Shown piece after piece: positions 7,703 through 16,830 of a stretch of DNA of 32,000 nt. Within the stretch, counting starts at the first letter, position 1, and every line of letters begins with the position of its first letter. The notes under the pieces are model-generated. The model had not been told where the DNA came from, did not search any database, and saw nothing but the letters and a program-made list of their open reading frames with translations. The translations under genes were made by a program, and so were the position numbers. Origin of the DNA: Pseudoalteromonas translucida KMM 520 (GTDB lineage: Bacteria; Pseudomonadota; Gammaproteobacteria; Enterobacterales; Alteromonadaceae); the NCBI RefSeq assembly GCF_001465295.1, contig NZ_CP011034.1, positions 2,610,001 through 2,642,000 on the forward strand, in the 5' to 3' direction.

Positions 7703-8905
7703 TTACTTTTTAGCTAATGCTTTTATTCTGCTTGAAAGCGAGAATAAACGAATAAAGCCTTCTGCGTGTGATTGGTCGTACACATCATCTTCACCAAAGG
7801 TAGCAAACGCTTCGCTGTATAAGCTGTGTGGCGACTGTTTTTGCACTGCGGTAACTTGGCCTTTGTATAGCTTAAGCACAACTTCACCTGTTGCATCTTT
7901 AGAAAGCGCTTCAGCACCAGCTAAAATAGAGTCTTTAAGTGGTGTAAACCAACGACCGTCATACACTAAATGTGCAAACTCGCCACCCAGTACTTCTTTC
8001 CACTTACGGCTTGCTTTATCAAGCACTAGTTCGTCAATGGCTTGCAGTGCCGCCATCATTACAGTACCACCTGGGGTTTCGTAACAACCGCGCGATTTCA
8101 TACCCACTAAACGGTTTTCTACAATATCAACACGACCAACACCATGCACAGAGGCAATATCGTTTAATTTAACTAAACAATCGTATGGTTTAAGCTGCTC
8201 ACCGTTTACTGCAACAACTTCACCTTCAACTACATTTAGTGTTACTAGTTCAGCTTTATCTGGCGCTTGCTCTGGAGAGTTTGTCCAGGTCCACACTTTT
8301 TCACTTGGTTGGCACCATGGATCTTCAAGTTCGCCGCCTTCGTGCGAAATATGCCATGCGTTTGCATCACGGCTATAAATTTTTGTAGCCGATGCCGAAC
8401 ATGGAATATCGCGCTCAGCTAAGTAATCTAGCAATGACTCACGGCTTGATAAATCCCACTCACGCCATGGTGCAATTACTTGTAAATCAGGGGCAAGCGC
8501 TGCAAAACACGATTCAAAACGTACTTGGTCGTTACCTTTACCAGTACAACCATGAGAAAGTGCATCGGCACCCACTTTACGCGCAATTTCTACCTGTGCT
8601 TTAGCAATAATTGGGCGCGCCATAGACGTACCTAATAAATAAGTACCTTCGTAAATTGAGCCTGTTTTTAGCGTAGGATAAATGTAATCACTTACCATTT
8701 CGTCTTTTAAGTCAACTACATAACACTCAGAAGCACCCGATGCGATAGCTTTAGCTTCTACGCCTTCAAGCTCCTCTGCACCTTGGCCAACATCGGCCAC
8801 AAAGGCAATAACTTCACAGCCGTAATTTTCTTTTAACCATGGCACAATGGCCGACGTATCAAGTCCACCTGAATAGGCTAAAACGACTTTTTTAAATGAA
8901 CTCAT
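7703..8905 (-). CDS. argG: argininosuccinate synthase
   Basis: 400 aa. The N-terminus [14 protein letters not shown] is the ATP pyrophosphatase P-loop of type I Arg[14 protein letters not shown] and [18 protein letters not shown] are also conserved. The start overlaps the argF stop (ATGA). Confidence 0.96.
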   Translation of the reverse strand: MSSFKKVVLAYSGGLDTSAIVPWLKENYGCEVIAFVADVGQGAEELEGVEAKAIASGASECYVVDLKDEMVSDYIYPTLKTGSIYEGTYLLGTSMARPIIAKAQVEIARKVGADALSHGCTGKGNDQVRFESCFAALAPDLQVIAPWREWDLSSRESLLDYLAERDIPCSASATKIYSRDANAWHISHEGGELEDPWCQPSEKVWTWTNSPEQAPDKAELVTLNVVEGEVVAVNGEQLKPYDCLVKLNDIASVHGVGRVDIVENRLVGMKSRGCYETPGGTVMMAALQAIDELVLDKASRKWKEVLGGEFAHLVYDGRWFTPLKDSILAGAEALSKDATGEVVLKLYKGQVTAVQKQSPHSLYSEAFATFGEDDVYDQSHAEGFIRLFSLSSRIKALAKK

Positions 8906-9834
8906 AGGTGTTCCTTAACAAAATTTGGATTTAATAATGTAACTAGCAGAGCGTTTTGCGCATGCATACGATTCTCGGCTTGTTGTATAATTTTTGACGC
9001 TGGACCGTCCATTACCTCAGAGGTAATTTCGAACTCACGGTGTGCCGGTTGGCAATGTAACACTGTTGTTGCACCGGTTTGCTCTAATAATGCTTTATTT
9101 AATTGATAAGGCATGTATTTTTCTTTCACTAACTCAAGTGGTGTGGTGTCGCCCATTGATACCCAAGTGTCGGCGTATACTGCGTTTGCACCAACAGCAG
9201 CTTCTACTCTGTCGCTCACCATTACTGATGCACCATTCATTGCTGCTATTTGTTCCGCTTTTTTCAGAATTTGTGAATCTGGAGAACATCCTTTAGGCGT
9301 AACGGCAACAAAGTCTGTGCCTAATGTTGCAGCAAGTAACATTAATGAATGCGTTACGTTGTTGCCCTCACCTAAATAAGCTAACTTTAATTGACTCACA
9401 TCGCCATGCACTTCTTGTAGTGTTAAAAAGTCGGCAAGTGCTTGGCAAGGATGATATAAATCACACAAGCTATTAACTACTGGCACCGATGAATACTGCG
9501 CTAATGTGGTTAATGTACAGTGCTGGTTTACGCGCGCTACAATACCGTCTGCCCATGTAGAAATATTAAGAGCAAAATCTTTTACCGACTCACGTGCACC
9601 CATTGCGCCATTTTGTTGATCTAAATACACGGCATGGCCGCCTAAGCGATTTATACCAATATCAAACGATAAACGTGTACGTAAGCTTTGCTTTTCAAAT
9701 AAAGTAACCACTGACTTACCAGCTAATACTTGGCTGTATTTTTTAGGATTTGCTTTAATATCTTGCGCTAGCTTTAATAAATTAAGTGCGCCTTGTTGGT
9801 CTAATTCTAAACCCGTTAAAAAATTCTCAAACAT
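8902..9834 (-). CDS. argF: ornithine carbamoyltransferase
   Basis: OTCase motifs are present in slightly variant form: SLRTR (canonical STRTR), HPCQ (HPTQ), DTWVSMG (DxxxSMG), HCQP (HCLP). The start is ambiguous. The track ATG at 9867 overlaps argB by 26 nt. The in-frame ATG at 9834 ([11 protein letters not shown]) lies 7 nt after the argB stop and is preferred here. Confidence 0.88.
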   Translation of the reverse strand: MFENFLTGLELDQQGALNLLKLAQDIKANPKKYSQVLAGKSVVTLFEKQSLRTRLSFDIGINRLGGHAVYLDQQNGAMGARESVKDFALNISTWADGIVARVNQHCTLTTLAQYSSVPVVNSLCDLYHPCQALADFLTLQEVHGDVSQLKLAYLGEGNNVTHSLMLLAATLGTDFVAVTPKGCSPDSQILKKAEQIAAMNGASVMVSDRVEAAVGANAVYADTWVSMGDTTPLELVKEKYMPYQLNKALLEQTGATTVLHCQPAHREFEITSEVMDGPASKIIQQAENRMHAQNALLVTLLNPNFVKEHL

Positions 9835-9841
9835 AATAAAC

Positions 9842-10609
9842 CTATGGTGTAATTTTAGTTCCGACATGCTTGCCTTGCAGCAAAGCTGTTAAGTTTTCTG
9901 GCTTTTGCCAGCTGGAAATATACACACCGCGTCGTAAGTGTTGGGCAGCGTGAAGACTGGTCTTAACTTTGACCTCCATCCCGCCCACAATTACTCCTTC
10001 ATTTATTAAAGTATCAATGTGTTTTGTGTCTAGTTGATGTAAAGGCTGCTTATTTGCATCAAGCACAGCTTCAACATCGGTCATAAATATTAGTTCTGCG
10101 TTTAAGTTATTGGCAATTGCAGCGGCGGCTTCGTCAGCATTAACGTTATACCAAAGGCCTTGTAGGTCAAAACCAATTGAGCTGACAATTGGCATACGGC
10201 CAATTTTTAGTAAATCGTTAATAATCGAATCATCGTTACTGGTGCATTTACCCACTAAACATAATGCTTTTAGCTTTTGCGTAGCAGTAACACCGGCTTC
10301 GTACAAACTTAAACCAACTGGTTTATGGCCAGCATTAATTGCCGCACTCATTAATTGTTTATTAGCACAACCTGCAAGCGCGCCAACTATGTAAGGCATT
10401 TGCTCTTTAGGGCTAATACGTAAACCTTGATGCTTTGCGCTAGCAAAACCAGCGTCTTTAAGCCAAGTGTCTACAAGCGCGCCTCCGCCATGCACAATGA
10501 CAAACTGCGCGTTGTGCTGCTCATTAAGTACTGAAAATAATGCTTTAGCCGCGTTTTCGGTATTAAGTACAGCGCCACCAAGTTTAATTACCCAGGTTTT
10601 TTTACTCAT
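9842..10609 (-). CDS. argB: acetylglutamate kinase
   Basis: 255 aa, colinear with E. coli ArgB: VIKLGGAVL, VIVHGGG, GLRISP, NVNADEAAAAIA, GGMEVKV. The start abuts the argC stop (TAAATG). Confidence 0.95.
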   Translation of the reverse strand: MSKKTWVIKLGGAVLNTENAAKALFSVLNEQHNAQFVIVHGGGALVDTWLKDAGFASAKHQGLRISPKEQMPYIVGALAGCANKQLMSAAINAGHKPVGLSLYEAGVTATQKLKALCLVGKCTSNDDSIINDLLKIGRMPIVSSIGFDLQGLWYNVNADEAAAAIANNLNAELIFMTDVEAVLDANKQPLHQLDTKHIDTLINEGVIVGGMEVKVKTSLHAAQHLRRGVYISSWQKPENLTALLQGKHVGTKITP

Positions 10610-11620
10610 TTAAAACGATCCTTTTAAGCCTGTGGTATGCGCCAATCCCATTGATAAATTAATACACTGCAAAGCTTGCCCTGCAGCACCTTTTAATAAA
10701 TTATCAATGGCAGCTATAACAATTAACTGTGTGCCTTGTTGCTGCCAGCCAATATCTACATATGGCTGTTTAGCTACGCCTTTAATTGAGGGGATTTTAT
10801 CGCCCAGCAAACGAATTAACGGCTCATCGGCAAGTACTTGGTACGCTTGTGTTACTTGCTCAATGGTGATATTAGGTTTTAATTGCACATAAATAGTTTC
10901 TAAAATACCACGTGGGAAGTTACCTAAATGCGGTGTAAATAAAACATCGTGACCAAGGTGTTGCTCTATTTCAGGGCCATGACGATGATTAAATAAACCA
11001 TAAGGGGCAAGCGATACTTCGCAAAAATGAGTACCAATGCTAGCTTTACGTCCTGCGCCGGTTACACCCGATACCGCATTAATTATAATTGTTTGCTCAG
11101 TTAATAAGTCGGCCTGCTGCAAAGGCTTAAGCGCATTAAGCGCAGCCGTAGGGTAACAACCAGCTACAGCTACTAATTGCGCCGCGGCAATAGCATCGCT
11201 ATTCCACTCAGCCAAACCATAAGCAGCTTGATCTAATAACTCTGGATGTTGATGCTCAAAGCCATAATAAGTAACGTAGTCGTCATTGCTCGCAAGGCGA
11301 TACCCACCAGATAAATCAAATACCTTTTTACCCATGGCTAAAAAACGCGGCGCTAAATCTACGCTTACTTTATGATCGGTACATAAGCACACGTAATCGG
11401 CACTGTTTTCAATATCGCTAAAAGCAGATTCACTAAGAGGTAGTAAAGGCTGATCGAGTAGCCCTAAGTGTTCGGGGTATAAATCACTCAGCAGTTTATT
11501 TTTATCTAAGCTACCTTGAGATACATAACAGCCAGTTAAAATTAGTTTAGGGTGCTTAGCAACTAAACTTGCTAGTTCTGCGCCGCTATAACCGCTTGCG
11601 CCAATAATCACTACATTCAT
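10610..11620 (-). CDS. argC: N-acetyl-gamma-glutamyl-phosphate reductase
   Basis: 336 aa, colinear with E. coli ArgC: IIGASGYSGAEL, the active-site GCYPTAA, HRHGPEIEQHLG, FTPHLGNFPRGILETI, DNLLKGAAGQALQC. Confidence 0.96.
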   Translation of the reverse strand: MNVVIIGASGYSGAELASLVAKHPKLILTGCYVSQGSLDKNKLLSDLYPEHLGLLDQPLLPLSESAFSDIENSADYVCLCTDHKVSVDLAPRFLAMGKKVFDLSGGYRLASNDDYVTYYGFEHQHPELLDQAAYGLAEWNSDAIAAAQLVAVAGCYPTAALNALKPLQQADLLTEQTIIINAVSGVTGAGRKASIGTHFCEVSLAPYGLFNHRHGPEIEQHLGHDVLFTPHLGNFPRGILETIYVQLKPNITIEQVTQAYQVLADEPLIRLLGDKIPSIKGVAKQPYVDIGWQQQGTQLIVIAAIDNLLKGAAGQALQCINLSMGLAHTTGLKGSF

Positions 11621-11706
11621 TGTTTACTCGTTATTTAAAATTATTACTACTTATCCATGTTGTTCGCTTAAACTAGCTCTGAGGCTAATTAAGACTTTAA
11701 TTTATT

Positions 11707-11724
11707 AATGAATGTTGATTATCG
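11707..11724. promoter_or_regulatory. possible second (weaker) ArgR operator half-site
   Basis: AATGAATGTTGATTATCG has TGAAT intact, and ATTAT versus ATTCA matches 3 of 5. It lies in the argC-proximal part of the divergent control region. Confidence 0.3.
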
Positions 11725-11770
11725 TCGTATTATTTTCATGGCGCTACTTTTAAAATATTTATGCTTAAAA

Positions 11771-11788
11771 AGTGAATTGATATTCATC
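11771..11788. promoter_or_regulatory. ARG box (ArgR operator)
   Basis: AGTGAATTGATATTCATC matches the 18-bp consensus wnTGAATwwwwATTCAnw at all ten core positions. It sits in the argC/argE divergent intergenic region. Confidence 0.7.
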
Positions 11789-11805
11789 ATAAATACTTTT
11801 ATATT
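11777..11805 (+). promoter_or_regulatory. candidate sigma70 promoter of argE, overlapped by the ARG box
   Basis: TTGATA (11777-11782), a 17-nt spacer, then TATATT (11800-11805), about 39 nt upstream of the argE ATG at 11844. The -35 element lies inside the ARG box, which is the classic repression geometry. Confidence 0.5.
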
Positions 11806-11843
11806 GTTATGCAATTAAATTGATTACTTATTTTGGATTTTTT

Positions 11844-12998
11844 ATGTCTTTACCTTCATTTATTTCTATGTACCAACAATTAATTGCAGCACCTTCTATT
11901 AGTGCCATTGAAGATAGCCTGTGTATGAGTAATAAAAATGTTATTGAATTACTGGCACAATGGTGTGAAAGCTTAGGCTTTAGCTGTGAAATAATTGAAT
12001 TAGAAGGCGGCAAAGGTCGCTATAATTTATTAGCTAAACGCGGTAAAGGCGATGGTGGATTAATGCTCGCTGGCCATACCGATACAGTGCCATTTGACGA
12101 TAGCCGCTGGAATCATAATCCATTTAAATTGACCGAGCACAACAACAAACTATATGGCTTAGGTAGTATTGATATGAAAGGCTTTTTTGCTTTTGTACTG
12201 CAAGCTATTAGTGAACTTGATGAAAAACAGCAAACTCAGCCTATTTTGATCTTAGCCACCGCCGATGAAGAAACAACAATGGCCGGTGCTCAACAAATTT
12301 GTAAACATCCAAATTTAAAACCGGATCGCTGTATAATTGGCGAACCCACTGATATGACTCCGGTATTTACACATAAAGGACATATGAGCACCGCAATTAG
12401 AGTAGTCGGACGCTCAGGCCATAGCTCAGATCCCGAACGTGGTGTTAACGCCATCGAAGTAATGCACAAAGTGATTACAAAACTACTGATCTTAAAAGAA
12501 CAGTTAAAGCATAAATATTCAATAGAGCACTTTGAAATACCCTATCCAACCTTAAATTTTGGTAATATTCATGGCGGCGACAACGCGAACCGAATTTGTG
12601 GTTGCTGCGAAATGCATATAGATATGCGCCCATTACCGGGCTTAAGCATGCAAGAACTGCAAATGTTAGTACTTGATGCAACTCACGAAATAAACCAGCA
12701 ATACCCAAATGCCGTAAGCGTAATTGATTTACACGAACCAATCCCGGCATTTACTGGTAGCACCGATAGCGCTTTGGTTAAACTAGCCGAAAAAATAGCG
12801 GGGCAAAAAGCGATAGCGGTAAACTACTGTACTGAAGCGCCATTTATTCAACAGCTTGGTTGTGAAACCATAGTAATGGGCCCCGGCTCTATAAACCAAG
12901 CGCACCAACCTGATGAGTTTTTAGCAATGGAAAAAATTAAGCCTTCACAGCAAATTATCACTAATATAATTAAAGCGAGTTGCTTTAGCTTTTCTTAA
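11844..12998 (+). CDS. argE: acetylornithine deacetylase
   Basis: Colinear with E. coli ArgE from [20 protein letters not shown] (E. coli LPPFIEIYRALIATPSIS), plus [52 protein letters not shown]. The track start at 11820 is a TTG adding 8 residues not seen in ArgE; ATG 11844 is preferred. Confidence 0.93.
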   Translation: MSLPSFISMYQQLIAAPSISAIEDSLCMSNKNVIELLAQWCESLGFSCEIIELEGGKGRYNLLAKRGKGDGGLMLAGHTDTVPFDDSRWNHNPFKLTEHNNKLYGLGSIDMKGFFAFVLQAISELDEKQQTQPILILATADEETTMAGAQQICKHPNLKPDRCIIGEPTDMTPVFTHKGHMSTAIRVVGRSGHSSDPERGVNAIEVMHKVITKLLILKEQLKHKYSIEHFEIPYPTLNFGNIHGGDNANRICGCCEMHIDMRPLPGLSMQELQMLVLDATHEINQQYPNAVSVIDLHEPIPAFTGSTDSALVKLAEKIAGQKAIAVNYCTEAPFIQQLGCETIVMGPGSINQAHQPDEFLAMEKIKPSQQIITNIIKASCFSFS

Positions 12999-13014
12999 TT
13001 GCCATTGTAAAACT

Positions 13015-13042
13015 AAAAAAGACGCTATTAAGCGTCTTTTTT
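13015..13042. terminator. bidirectional rho-independent terminator (argE / decarboxylase)
   Basis: AAAAAAGACGCT-atta-AGCGTCTTTTTT: a perfect 12-nt arm pair including a GACGC/GCGTC core, a 4-nt loop, and A-run/T-run flanks that serve both convergent genes. Confidence 0.85.
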
Positions 13043-13061
13043 ATTTAAGCTAATATTTTAA

Positions 13062-14687
13062 TTACATATACTTACTTAAGTACTTTTTAAATACCGGATC
13101 TGTTTTAGCCAACTCTTTCTGTTCTGCTAAAATTTCTTTTAAAATAACGCCTGATGTAAGTGGGTTAGCAAGTACTACCCTAAATACCACTGTGGGCTGA
13201 TTATCGTATTGAGTAGGCGTTAAACGCGTACGTGATACAAATGATCGCCCTGATTCACGTTGCCGTTTTTGCATACTTGCAGTAAAGCGATTAAGTGAGG
13301 CAAAAATATCAATCCGTGTTTGCGGATCAGCATCTGCAATTGCCTGCTTTATTTGCTTAGGCACATAACGATACGTTAATAAGCACAGCTCTGGCTCTGA
13401 GATCAGCTCAAAATCTTCATCTGCTTTAATTAAATTAGCAAAGTAATGGGCTTTTTTAATACTACGATCGATTAGCATTTCGTAGCCTTTACGGCCAATA
13501 ACACGTAAGCAAGCATGTACTAACATTGCCATACCCGGGCGGCTGCCCTCAAGTGTATGGCTACCTAAATCTTTTGAACCTTTACGTAAAATATACTCTG
13601 CATGATGTTCAATTGCATCGGTAGCGGTTGGATCTTTAAACAACACCAGGCCAGCTCCCATAGGAACATACATTTGTTTGTGTGCATCAATGGTAATTGA
13701 GTCTGCGCGCTCAACACCTTTGAGTAAATGGCGATGGGTATTAGATAACAAAGTTGCCCCGCCCCATGCAGCGTCAACATGAAAGTGGCAATTAATGTCT
13801 TGTGCTAAATCTGCCATCGCTTCAAGGGGATCGATATTACCGGTTTCTGTGGTACCCGCGACTCCAATAATGGCCATTACTTTAATACCTTGCGCTTCAA
13901 GCTCTAAGGCTTTTTCGCGCATGGCGTTAACATCAACTTTATTGTTTTCGCATGTTTTAATACCCACTAAGTTTTCACGACCAATTCCTAATAAATCAGC
14001 CGCTTTACCTAACGAATAATGGCCACGCTCAGAAATTAAAATAGCCAACCCTTTATAGCCGTAATGCATCATACCGGCAATTAAGCCTTGTGCGCCTATA
14101 CCTTTAAAGTTGCCATCGGGTTTTAATAACCTATTTCGCGCAATCCAAAGCGCCGTAATATTAGCTACAGTACCGCCTGAGCAAAATGCACCTAACGATG
14201 TTTTTGCACTGTGCATCCATTTAGCATAAAACTCGTCTTGTTGCCCGTACGCTAAATGATGCATCATTCCAAGCACTTGGCGCTCAAGTGGAGTAAAAGC
14301 TTTAGAGGTTTCTATTTTTACTAGGTTTTGATTTAGCCCTACCATTAACTTTGATAATGGTAGTAAAAAATGAGGCAAAGCAGAAGTCATATGGCCAATA
14401 AAGCTAGGCGCTGCGGTATGCACAGAGTGCGCAACCAACTGCTCCATTATATCTTGCGCATAAGCAGATACAAACGTTGGATCTTCTGGGATCATCGCCG
14501 ACTGAAAGTCTTTTTCAATTTCGTGTAATGGTTTTTCAATTGCCGCAATGTTTTCGTTTAAAAAACCTGCTAAATTACTCGATATTTCAAGCTCTATTTT
14601 GCTTAAAGTTGAGTCTGGCGCTTCAGGTACAGTAAATATACGCTTAAGGCTTTCTTTAGAGGCGACGGCAAAACGCTTTTGATCCAT
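13062..14687 (-). CDS. group II PLP-dependent amino-acid decarboxylase; possibly the PanP-type pyridoxal-dependent aspartate 1-decarboxylase
   Basis: 541 aa. PLP-lysine motif SITIDAHKQMYVPMGAGLVLF, plus GGTVANITALW and HVDAAWGG, typical of the DDC/GAD/HDC fold-type I family. The size and a marine gammaproteobacterial context fit the proposed PanP family, which displaces PanD non-orthologously. Substrate is not provable from sequence. Confidence 0.85.
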   Translation of the reverse strand: MDQKRFAVASKESLKRIFTVPEAPDSTLSKIELEISSNLAGFLNENIAAIEKPLHEIEKDFQSAMIPEDPTFVSAYAQDIMEQLVAHSVHTAAPSFIGHMTSALPHFLLPLSKLMVGLNQNLVKIETSKAFTPLERQVLGMMHHLAYGQQDEFYAKWMHSAKTSLGAFCSGGTVANITALWIARNRLLKPDGNFKGIGAQGLIAGMMHYGYKGLAILISERGHYSLGKAADLLGIGRENLVGIKTCENNKVDVNAMREKALELEAQGIKVMAIIGVAGTTETGNIDPLEAMADLAQDINCHFHVDAAWGGATLLSNTHRHLLKGVERADSITIDAHKQMYVPMGAGLVLFKDPTATDAIEHHAEYILRKGSKDLGSHTLEGSRPGMAMLVHACLRVIGRKGYEMLIDRSIKKAHYFANLIKADEDFELISEPELCLLTYRYVPKQIKQAIADADPQTRIDIFASLNRFTASMQKRQRESGRSFVSRTRLTPTQYDNQPTVVFRVVLANPLTSGVILKEILAEQKELAKTDPVFKKYLSKYM

Positions 14688-14696
14688 CTTAATACC

Positions 14697-14738
14697 TAGT
14701 GTGTGGCTAAAACGCCTGCTGCTCTATTAAACACACTA
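14697..14738 (-). promoter_or_regulatory. 5' UTR hairpin abutting the decarboxylase ribosome-binding site
   Basis: TAGTGTGT (14697-14704) and ACACACTA (14731-14738) form a perfect 8-bp inverted repeat with a 26-nt spacer. On the minus-strand mRNA the proximal arm ends at the A of the only SD-like AGG, 7 nt before the ATG. Confidence 0.35.
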
Positions 14739-14902
14739 AATTGAGTGTGCTATTTTAGTAACAGGGTTTTTAATAATTGCGCTAACTTTACTGCAATATT
14801 AAGAAAATGTCTCGCTTAAAGCCATAAAAACGCTAAATGACATGACAAATAATATTAATTTTGACCATTTTTTATCTTTTTAATTCAAAATCAATTAAGT
14901 CA

Positions 14903-14930
14903 TTGGGCATTTGTTTTTTTTGCGTATAAT
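14903..14930 (+). promoter_or_regulatory. candidate sigma70 promoter of the GGDEF-EAL gene
   Basis: TTGGGC (14903-14908), a 16-nt spacer, then a perfect TATAAT (14925-14930), 27 nt upstream of the ATG at 14957. That ATG has an AGGGA SD. Confidence 0.5.
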
Positions 14931-14956
14931 TAATTTAACAATAAAAAGGGAATTAT

Positions 14957-16825
14957 ATGCTACAAGGAAAACTAAGAATAAATGGGTTAATTAGCGCTTT
15001 TATGCTGTTTTTAATCAGTTTAATTATCTGTGTTTATTATACTTATAGCACTATTCGCAGTGATGTAATTAACGCCCTTGATAATCGCCTTATTAATGCA
15101 GCCACCAGCGTTAAATATATTTTGGGCGATGACTATCACAGTAAAATAAATAAAACCCAAACTATTAGCTTTGCAACTTACGAAAGTAAAAGTAAGCAGC
15201 TTTCTGAGCTTGCACAAGCACTCGATATTGCTTACGTTTATTCTATGGTGCTAATTAATGGCAAGGTTCATTTTAGCGCTTCTAGCTACACCCAAGAAGA
15301 TCAAAATAGTGGCAAGGTAACCCAGTTTTTAGATTTATACCCAGAGGCAACTAAGGCTAATATTGGTGCCTTTTTATCTACTGAGCCTGTTTTTGAAATA
15401 TCGAGTGATCAATGGGGCGACTTTAAAACTATTTTTATTCCGCATATTGATAAAAATGGCATTACATATTTAACTGCTGCCGATATAAGCCTTAAAAGTA
15501 TCAATAATAAGTTAGCGCAAAGCGCCTCAACATCGGCTGTTTTAGGCGGCTTTTTTTTAGTTATTATTATATTGTTGCTAATTATGTATAACTTCGCGAC
15601 TAAACGCGCCGCCATGAGAGACTCTGGTAGCGGTTTTGCTAATCATATCGCGCTTGAAAAATATTTTTTAAACAGCCCTGTTCACCATATGCAAATGGCC
15701 ATAGTTTGGGTGAACGAAATTGAAAATATAAACCGCTTTTACGGCACTAAAGTGGGTGACAAAGTAATGAAAAAATTACTGATACACTTTAAAAAGCACA
15801 GCAATATAAATTATCGTATTTACCGTGTAGCAACCAATAAATTAGTGTTACTAACGCCCAAAGAAACACCATACGAAGAACTAAGTAATTTAATTCAATC
15901 GTATAATTTTAATACGCCCTTTTTAACCAACCCTTTTATTTACATTACTTTATGTGCAGGTATTGCCCGAGGAAATAAGTCGTTGCTGCTAAAAAATGCC
16001 CATATTGCGGCTTTACAGGCAAAACAAGGTAACCTTAGTGTTGTTAATTACTCTGAGGCTATAAATGACTCAAAGTCGCTGTATTTATATAATTTAGAAA
16101 TAGCAAAAGAAGTACGTGAAGCGTTTGAACAAAAGCGCGTTGTGCCCTATTTTCAGGCTGTTATTGATATAGAGTCTAAACAAACACTACACTACGAGTG
16201 CACACCACGAATTGTGACTCCACAGGGCGAAATTTTAAAACCCGATGCATTTTCAAATACCGTAATACGCTTGCGTATGGATGGCTTATTAACCCGTACT
16301 TTATTTTCGCAGTGCCTTAGCCGCTTTCGTAAAACACAAATTAGTTGGAGTTTAAATATTACTATTGAAGATATATTAGACCCTAGCATAAATGAATACA
16401 TTGCTTACGAATTACAGCGCTATCCGCACCCTGAAAATATCACTTTAGTTTTATTTGAACCACAAGTTATCGCCAATTATTCAAGCGTAAGGGCATTTAT
16501 AACTATGGTTAAAAGTAAGGGAATTAAGGTGATGATAAACAGTTTTGGCAATGACTTTGCAAATACACTAAATATTTTAAAATTGGAAATTGACGCAATA
16601 AAGTTAGATGGCATGCTAATAAAGCAAATAGTTAATGATGAGAACACGGCATTATTTGTTGATTACACAGCCAATTTTGCAAAGCAGCAAAATATTCAAC
16701 TAATTGCCTCTATGGTAGAGAACAAAGCTATAGCTACGGCGCTCAAAAAAGTAAATGTGACGCTAATGCAGGGTAATTTCATTGCCCACCCAGCGCCACA
16801 TGTTAATCCATTATTTGAGCAGTAA
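14957..16825 (+). CDS. membrane sensor with a periplasmic domain and degenerate GGDEF and EAL domains
   Basis: 622 aa. TM1 is at about residues 10-30, a periplasmic segment of about 165 aa follows, and TM2 is at about 195-215. The GGDEF-fold region has ATNKL (nt 15830-15844) where GGDEF should be. The EAL-fold region has ECT (nt 16196-16204) for EAL and NSFGNDF for DDFGTGY, while retaining the FEP, KLDG, VEN and QGNF equivalents. Confidence 0.85.
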   Translation: MLQGKLRINGLISAFMLFLISLIICVYYTYSTIRSDVINALDNRLINAATSVKYILGDDYHSKINKTQTISFATYESKSKQLSELAQALDIAYVYSMVLINGKVHFSASSYTQEDQNSGKVTQFLDLYPEATKANIGAFLSTEPVFEISSDQWGDFKTIFIPHIDKNGITYLTAADISLKSINNKLAQSASTSAVLGGFFLVIIILLLIMYNFATKRAAMRDSGSGFANHIALEKYFLNSPVHHMQMAIVWVNEIENINRFYGTKVGDKVMKKLLIHFKKHSNINYRIYRVATNKLVLLTPKETPYEELSNLIQSYNFNTPFLTNPFIYITLCAGIARGNKSLLLKNAHIAALQAKQGNLSVVNYSEAINDSKSLYLYNLEIAKEVREAFEQKRVVPYFQAVIDIESKQTLHYECTPRIVTPQGEILKPDAFSNTVIRLRMDGLLTRTLFSQCLSRFRKTQISWSLNITIEDILDPSINEYIAYELQRYPHPENITLVLFEPQVIANYSSVRAFITMVKSKGIKVMINSFGNDFANTLNILKLEIDAIKLDGMLIKQIVNDENTALFVDYTANFAKQQNIQLIASMVENKAIATALKKVNVTLMQGNFIAHPAPHVNPLFEQ

Positions 16826-16830
16826 AGTAA

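Noticed and set aside
8902-9867. argF as an N-acetyl- or N-succinyl-ornithine carbamoyltransferase, because of the variant SLRTR/HCQP motifs
   Set aside because: The ornithine-binding DxxxSMG motif is intact (DTWVSMG), and the cluster encodes argE, which produces free ornithine. Both point to a conventional OTCase.
11750-11809. Additional ARG boxes 3 bp either side of the strong box (11750-11767 TTAAAATATTTATGCTTA and 11792-11809 AATACTTTTATATTGTTA)
   Set aside because: Only 5-6 of the 10 core positions match, in a region that is A/T-rich anyway. That is not distinguishable from background without a PWM score or footprint.
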